From: an uncultured Planctomycetota bacterium
GTDB taxonomy: Bacteria > Planctomycetota > Planctomycetia > Isosphaerales > Isosphaeraceae
Assembly (NCBI GenBank): GCA_963845755.1
Contig: CAWJTV010000034.1
Span: forward strand, 448,001-512,000
DNA: 64,000 bases
Direction: 5' to 3'
A program made the translations under genes and the position numbers. A model generated the notes under the pieces. It saw only the letters and a list, made by a program, of their open reading frames with translations. It was not told the origin of the DNA and ran no database searches. Of this stretch, positions 57,463 through 64,000 are shown piece after piece (the first letter of the stretch is position 1; the number at the start of each line of letters is the position of its first letter).

Positions 57463-58329
57463 TCAGCGCCGGAACCAGTTCATCCCCAGTCCGCCGAAGA
57501 GGCTGCTGATGAACCCGCGGCGCGGGGCCGGTTGCGTCGAGTTTGTCGAATTGGACGCAGTCGCCGGTGCGGCTGGTTGGATCGGGTCGGAATCGAAGAG
57601 CGTGCCGACATTGGCGGAGCGGGACACATCGATGTCGTCAATGGGCAGCAACGGCCCGTCATTGGCATGGGCCACCGTCTCGTCGTCCACACCCGCTCCG
57701 GAAGAGCGCGCTGCGGAGTCTCGCTCGGGCTGCGCGGCCGGTGGCGACAGTTCCGGCGCGTCGTCCACCATGCTTGGCGCAGTGGGCTGCGTCCGTGGAG
57801 CACGTCGGGACGGAGCCGCCGCCCCCTGATCATTAAACGGTGACGCGTCTCGTGGAGTGGCCGGGCGTGGAGGCGGATTGCCTCCGGGTAAGGGGATGGG
57901 TCCCGGCCCACCGTTATCCATCTCGAAGGGAGAACGTCTGCCCTCTGGCAAGGTAGGAGCAGCTGGCCGGCCACCACCGGGTACCGGGCCGATTTCTTCC
58001 TCACCCAGGCCTGGCCCCCCCTCGCCCAGCTCTGGAGGCTTGCCCAGAGGCTGTTCGCGGAAGGACTTCTCCTTGTCCGGAGCCTCTTGACTGGGAGCTC
58101 CCCATCCCGTGGGGAACTTCCTCCAGTAGGTGGGATGGTAGCCGAAATACTGCTGTTTGTAGAGCTTGTAGACCGGATCCTCGTTCGCGCAGGGTGGCCG
58201 CTCTCGGCGGATCGGCGCCAGCGGGAACATGCCGCTCTGCTGAGCCTGCGCTCGTTCGGAGAGGCTGACCACCAGGGCCAGCACCGTCAATCCGATCGCC
58301 CGAGCTCCACTCGTCCAGTTTGTGCGCAT
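57463..58329 (-). CDS. Secreted proline-rich hypothetical protein
   Basis: Signal peptide ending AQA; aromatic YFGYHPTYWRKFP.GW patch then P/G/A low complexity. Confidence 0.65.
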   Translation of the reverse strand: MRTNWTSGARAIGLTVLALVVSLSERAQAQQSGMFPLAPIRRERPPCANEDPVYKLYKQQYFGYHPTYWRKFPTGWGAPSQEAPDKEKSFREQPLGKPPELGEGGPGLGEEEIGPVPGGGRPAAPTLPEGRRSPFEMDNGGPGPIPLPGGNPPPRPATPRDASPFNDQGAAAPSRRAPRTQPTAPSMVDDAPELSPPAAQPERDSAARSSGAGVDDETVAHANDGPLLPIDDIDVSRSANVGTLFDSDPIQPAAPATASNSTNSTQPAPRRGFISSLFGGLGMNWFRR

Positions 58330-58698
58330 CCTGGCCTCATCCGATCTCGGTTGTCTTGGTTCGCCTCCGAAATCTCCTGGGCGGAGGCCGTCCCATCCGG
58401 ATTTCAAGTCTAACTCGTTCGATCGGGTCCCTTCTTCCTCTCACTCCAGCGAATTTGGAGAAAACAGCGATTATCCGGACTTTGCGCAAATAACGAATTC
58501 CGGGTATTCACAGGTTGCAACGCTTTTGAGTGTTCTCGCAGGACGCCCCTCGTCGAAACCATGCAGTGGGCCGCGGGGAGCCCCGGAAGGGAGCCGTTTC
58601 GGACACGGTCTCATTGTCTTGCATAGGAATTCGGACTTGTGGCATCGATCGCAAAGCCGGTCCGCATTCTTGGGATTTCACGAAGGAGGGATTCGCCG

Positions 58699-59325
58699 AT
58701 GAACGATTCACGATGGAGAATCGCCTGCGCCGGGCTGCTGTACGCCGCAGGATGGCTCAGCGGTGGGAAGGCGGAGGCCCAGAGTCTGGGCACCCCTTCC
58801 CCGAATACAGGTCCGTCGATGGGGACTCCGAGTTTGGGGACCGCGACCATGCCCTTTCCCCTGGCGATGCCGATGATCGCCCCATCGAACCTGAACGCAG
58901 CCGCCAGTTCGGGGACGGACGTGGGAGGAAACCCCGTGCAGGGCAATATCTTCGCCAACCCCTACATGGTGCCATTCTTCTACGGAAGTATGATGCCGGG
59001 CGGCTTCGGCACCGGCACGTCCGCATCGGCCTCGACCTCGAGTGCAACATCGGCCTCGACCGCGGCGGCCGGGATGGGGATGGGAATGAACCAAATGGGA
59101 CTGCTGATGATGGCGACGCAAAACCCGAACGGAGTCGGCTCGGGCCGGATGAGCGGCGTACGGGGCGGGACTCCGTCGCGAACCGGTTCGAGCACGCAGG
59201 CCCAGCCACGTCGAAACGGGTCCAATCAACCCGGTGGTTTGGCCGCCCGTTACTTCAATCGGGCCGCGCCCTGCGCGAGCATCCCTCGGAACTACTACAA
59301 TCGGCAAACTCGCTATTTCCCGTAA
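58699..59325 (+). CDS. Secreted Gly/Met/Ser-rich low-complexity protein
   Basis: RBS GGAGG; signal peptide ending AEA; C-terminal RYFNR..YYNRQTRYFP. Confidence 0.65.
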   Translation: MNDSRWRIACAGLLYAAGWLSGGKAEAQSLGTPSPNTGPSMGTPSLGTATMPFPLAMPMIAPSNLNAAASSGTDVGGNPVQGNIFANPYMVPFFYGSMMPGGFGTGTSASASTSSATSASTAAAGMGMGMNQMGLLMMATQNPNGVGSGRMSGVRGGTPSRTGSSTQAQPRRNGSNQPGGLAARYFNRAAPCASIPRNYYNRQTRYFP

Positions 59326-59563
59326 ATCCCTAACTGAGGTGCGACTTACCCTGTTTCGATTTGAGCGAACAAGCGATTGTGCCGATTCTATCTCTTGTCA
59401 AGAGGGATTCGCCAGGAAATGGGCCGGGTCCCGACAATTGGAGTCTAAGCGACCGGGAACAGGGCGCGTTCCATGGCGAACTGGACTGTCCGTGATCGTC
59501 CCCGGGGGTTGGTTTCGGTCCGTCCCCGGGCGCCTGTTCGGCCGATGTCGGAGTGCCGGGAGG

Positions 59564-60507
59564 ATGACTCAGATGAATGGCAGAAGGACGAACTACCGAC
59601 GGGCCGGCTGGCTGACGATGCTTCTCCTCTGCGCCGCTTGCGGATGCCAGACGGTTCGGACGCCGGAAAATAAAATCGCCAACAGCAATATTCCGCGCGA
59701 GTTTACCAAGGTCAGCATGCCCGATTACATCGTGGAGCCGCCGGACCTGGTGCTCGTGGAGGTTCTTGAAGCCGCGCCCGGTCGCCCGATCTCCGGGGAG
59801 CGGCTGGTGCGACCCGACGGTAAGATCTCGCTGGGTTTCTACGGAGAGGTCTATGTCGCGGGTCTCACCATCCCGGAGGTCAAAGAGAAGGTTGTCCTTC
59901 ACCTGAGGAAGTACCTCAGCGATCAGACTCTCGGATTGGTCGAGATCGATCCATACACCAGCGAACCGACGGTCGATCCCAAGACCAACAAGCCCAAGCC
60001 GGTCGATCCCCGTGATACCGACCGGGTCTTTGTTGACGTCACGGCCTATAACAGCAAGAATTACTACGTTCTGGGCGACGTCCTCGTGCCGGGTAAGATG
60101 CCGATCACCGGCAACGAAACCGTGCTCGACGCGCTCCAGTATGCCCAGGGCCTGCTGCCGACGGCTGCGCCCAGAACATCCGCCTGGTGCGCCCGGCACC
60201 TCCCGGGGCTTGCTGCGAGCAGGTCTTGCCGGTCAACCTGGCCGCAATCACCAGCGGCGGCGACCCTTCGACCAACTATCAAGTGATGCCGGGAGACCGG
60301 ATCATCGTCTATCGCGACCCAATCGTCCGGTTCACCGTGTTGCTGGACCGTTTAATTGCACCGTACCAGGCCGTGATCGGGTCGGGTCTGCAGACCACGT
60401 TCTTCATTCGTTACTTGCAGTTCCTCAAGGCGCCCGTCGGGGGCGCGGCAGGTGCAGCAAGCACGAGAATTCCTCCGCAGCTCCCCCTGGAGCCAGGAGC
60501 GAGATAG
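59564..60507 (+). CDS. Polysaccharide export (Wza/SLBB-like) lipoprotein (frameshift ~60170)
   Basis: CGC lipobox; YIVEPPD.V.VEV, LVRPDGKISLG.YG.V.VAGLT, GNETVLDAL, TNYQVMPGDR. Confidence 0.85.
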
Positions 60508-60761
60508 CCTGACCTGAGCAGTTCGACCTCCGTCGTCTCGCTTCCGCGAGTCGCCGGTTCGGGAACTGGGATTCGTCTGGCCGGCCTTTCCCCGGGGTAG
60601 GGAGGGGCCGGCCCGGTCTCGTTTCCTGACCGCGTCTTCGACACGCGGACCTCCGATCGGTCCCTTTCGAGAGGATCTGACGGAGACTCGGGTAGGATCC
60701 TGGTGGACGTCCGCGGCGATTTGTGGTTAGCTCCACGGTTGAAACGGAAAGGAAACGCCCG

Positions 60762-60777
60762 TGGCACGGATCCTGCC
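60762..60777 (+). promoter_or_regulatory. Sigma-54 -24/-12 promoter
   Basis: TGGCACGGATCCTGCC: GG(60763-64)-N10-GC(60775-76). Confidence 0.6.
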
Positions 60778-60797
60778 TTCCCTCCGGACCGAGGCGG

Positions 60798-61486
60798 ATG
60801 AGTCCCGCGTCCCCGCAAGACCTCGCAAGCACCCCGCCAAAGCGGCGGCGGTCTTGCTTGTCCTCGTCGCACTCGGTCTCTGTTGCGTGTTCCGGCGGCC
60901 CTGGTTCCAGGGGAATCTGGGCGTCGTCGATGCCGGTCGGGCCTTCCGATCAGCCCAGCCTACAACTCAGCTCACCGAGTGGATCCGTGACTACCATCTC
61001 CGATCCATCCTGAACCTGCGCGGTGGAAGCTTCGCGGACTGGTGGTACGAGGCGGAAGTCCAAACGGCTCGGGATCAGGGCGTGTCGTTCTACGACCTTC
61101 AGCTCAGCGCCACGCGGCGACCGACCCGGCGCGAACTGCTCCGACTCATCGATACCTTGAAGTCCTGCCCGTATCCCCTCCTAATCCACTGTAAGTCCGG
61201 TGCCGATCGGACCGGACTTGCTTCGGCCGTCTATCTGCTGGTGAATCGCGGCGAATCTCCTGAAGGCGCCGAGCATGCGTTCTCCATCGAATTCGGTCAT
61301 ATCCCCCTCGGTGGCCCCGAACACCTACATGAGCCGCTCGATGAATACGCCGCGTGGCTGACCGGCCGGGGACTCTCGCACACGCCGGAAAGGTTCCGCG
61401 ACTGGGTCAAGAACGACTATGAGCCCGGCGGAGATCGAGCCGACCCACCTCCCCTGGAGCCCGGCCCGCGCGTCCGACGCCCCTGA
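60798..61486 (+). CDS. Dual-specificity/tyrosine phosphatase with N-terminal TM (probable frameshift ~60845; alternative start 60761)
   Basis: FRSAQP, ILNLRG, HCKSGADRTG (CX5R). Confidence 0.85.
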
Positions 61487-61576
61487 TACAACTGTCCTCT
61501 GAAACGTGGGAGATCCCCGGACACGAAGAGTCGCGGCCCTGGGCGCGGTGTTGGGGAACACGCTTGCATCCACCGC

Positions 61577-63989
61577 TCATCGATAGAGCAAATATCGCTC
61601 ACGGATGGTACGGAACTCCGTGAGATCCTTGTCCCACCGCCTCAGAATCTCCTCAACCGGCTTGCCATCGAGGATATCCTGGTAGGCGGCCCGATTGGCC
61701 ATCAGGCGGAGCATCCCTTCCGGCTTCCACTGATCCGGATAAAGCGTCCGAAGCTGGACGGCCAGCGTGATCCCCAGCCGGATGGGATCGAACCCTGACC
61801 AGTTGTCGATGATGATATGCACGCCCCCGCATCGGACGCCGGCGAACTGCCGCTGGGTCGGGGTGAAGACGCTGGGGACGAATCGAGCCCCCTCGACCTT
61901 CGCATCATTGAGGGCCGCGGCGAACGGCTCCGGGTCAATCCAGGGGTGCGCCACGCGCTCGAACGGCGTGTCGGTGCCTCGGCCCGTGGCCAGGTTGGTC
62001 GCCTCCAGCATGCCGACGCCCGGGTAGAGGATCGCCTCGGTCAGGCTCCGCATGTTGGGAGACGGATTGATCCAGACCAGCCCCGTGCGGTAGAAAAGGT
62101 CGCCCCGCGACCAGCCGCGGCAGGCGATCACCTCGAGCGAGGCGCCGATCTTTCGTTCGGCGTTATAGAGCCGTGCCAGCTCGCCGACAGTCATCCCATG
62201 ACGGACAGGCAGGGCATGATACGCGATGAACGAGGCGAACTCGTCGTCGCGGAGCGGGCCCGAGACCTCAAGGCCCCCGATCGGGTTAGGGCGGTCGAGG
62301 ACCAAGACGGTTTTGCCCGCATCCTTGGCGGCCTCCAGTACCAGGCCGAGCGTGGTGATGTAGGTGTAGAACCGGGCTCCGATGTCCTGAATGTCGTAGA
62401 CCAGGACATCGATCCCCTCGAGTTCCCTGGGCATCGGCTTGCGGTTTCGTCCGTAGAGGCTGACGATCGGCAGGCCGGTCGCCTCATCCGTGCTATCCGG
62501 GACGGCGGCGTCGACCTCGCCGCGGATGCCGTGCTCGGGACTGAACAGCTTGGCGAGCTTGACCCCCGGAGCCCGGAACAGGACGTCGATGGTCGAGGCT
62601 CCGCCGCGCGTCCGTCCCGTGTGATTGGTCACCAGACCGATTCTTCGGTTGCGCAGTGGCCGGAAGCCGTCTTCGACCAGGACGTCGATCCCGCAGTGGA
62701 CCGGATCGGCCGCGACCGAGCCGGTTCCAGCTCGGGCGCAGAGCGGATCGGCCGCGACGGTGGCGGAGCCGGATTAGACAACGGGACCGGCCGGGATGAG
62801 GCATCGGCGACCGCGGCGGCCGCGAGAGTGGCGACCTCGAAGCGGAGCGACGTTGGCGAAGCTCCTCGACCATCGGGATGCAGACGACTGGTCAGGATGA
62901 CGACGAAGGTCTCCGTCTCCGGATCGATCCAGAGGCTCGTGCCGGTGAAGCCGGTGTGTCCGAACCCGGTGGGACCGAACAGCCCTCCGCGCGGGCGCTC
63001 TGACTCGTCTCGACGTCCCAGCCCAACCCCCGGCGCTGGTTCGGCGGCGTGTCGGCCGCGTCGATCATGGTCTTGACCGCGAGCGGCGAGAGGACGCGCC
63101 GGCCGTTGGGGCCGAGACCGCCGTTGAGGAGGGTCTGAGCGAAGATGGCGAGGTCGTCGGCCGTGGCGAACAGACCCGCATGTCCGGCAACACCGCCCAG
63201 GGCTCGCGACCGGGGATCGTGGACGACTCCGCGGAGCATCCGGCCTCCGCGCGATTCGGGCTCCGTCGGCGCGACCCGCACGACGGCGGCTCTGTCGTTC
63301 GTCGCCTCGGCCTGATCCAGCGGGCGGAAGTGGGTGTCCTTCATCCCCAGTACGTCGAAGATGCGCCTCGTGGCGAACCGGTCGAGTCGTTCTCCGCTGA
63401 TGCGTTCCACCAGGCGTCCCAGGATCAGGAACCCCACGTCGGAATAGCGGAACCGCTCGCCGGGCGGCCCGACGAGGTCGAGGTCGGCGAGCCGCTTCCA
63501 GGCGGTCTCGGGCCCCTGCTGGTAATCCGCGATCGGATCATCGGGGATCAATCCCGCGCGGTGACGGAGGAGCTGATCGATCGTGATGGCACCCTTGCCG
63601 TGATTGTCGAACTCGGGGAGCACGCGGCCGAGCCGATCGGTCAGTCGCAGCTTCCCCTCCTCGATCAGGATCATAACTGACGTCGCCGTGGCGACCGGCT
63701 TGGTGAGGGAAGCCATGTCGAAGACGGTGTCGCGCGTCATCGCCTCGGGCGCGGGGCCGGCGACGCGTCGGCCCGCCGCGCGCGCATAAGTGATGAACCC
63801 GCGACGGCCGACCAGCACCACGGCGCCGGGGACCTGGCCGCGTCCGATCGCCCGGTCGATCGCGCCGTCGATCCGTTTCAGCCGTTCGGCGTCGAAGCCG
63901 ATCGTCGACGGATCGGCCGCCGGCAACTCCGCGCGAGCCCTCTCTGCCATCGCCAAGGCGACCAGAACCATGATCCAGAGGAATCCCAT
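61577..63989 (-). CDS. Serine hydrolase (beta-lactamase fold) fused to NamZ exo-beta-N-acetylmuramidase (frameshifts ~62992, ~62735)
   Basis: ASLTK (SxxK), [17 protein letters not shown]; then [55 protein letters not shown]. Confidence 0.85.
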
Positions 63990-64000
63990 CGAACGTATCA

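Noticed and set aside
58640..58654. Possible sigma-54 site TGGCATCGATCGCA
   Set aside because: GG-to-GC spacing is 8, not the required 10

Overview
GC-rich bacterial chromosomal segment. Gene content (DUF1501/DUF1800, BlaI plus M56 receptors with many beta-sandwich repeats, PEP-CTERM, Uma2, WD40, FGE-domain and Tat-Gfo/Idh/MocA proteins) suggests a planctomycete, probably Isosphaeraceae-like (inference). About 45 protein genes were reconstructed; no rRNA, tRNA, CRISPR array or transposase was recognised. About 26 one- or two-base frameshifts split otherwise intact genes, including aroA. Most fall on or next to GCGC/CGCG, which points to long-read errors at a methylated motif rather than pseudogenisation. 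The best candidates for undescribed biology are five loci. (1) apbE divergent from an operon encoding an FGE-fold protein without the catalytic cysteines but with a flavinylation-like DAVTRPT motif, a Tat Gfo/Idh/MocA dehydrogenase and ThuA. (2) A BlaI-M56-M56-DUF1800-DUF1501 operon with a visible operator and modular, recombining ectodomains. (3) A ~1000-aa membrane-embedded sigma-54 activator facing a -24/-12 promoter of a hydrolase. (4) An ECF sigma/ZAS anti-sigma pair facing a spondin-PEP-CTERM gene with a matching promoter. (5) A tandem pair of DUF697 GTPases flanking an amidase. REP-like palindromes, two AT-rich inverted tandem-repeat elements and a structured intergenic region are also present. 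All family calls come from motif recognition, not database searches.
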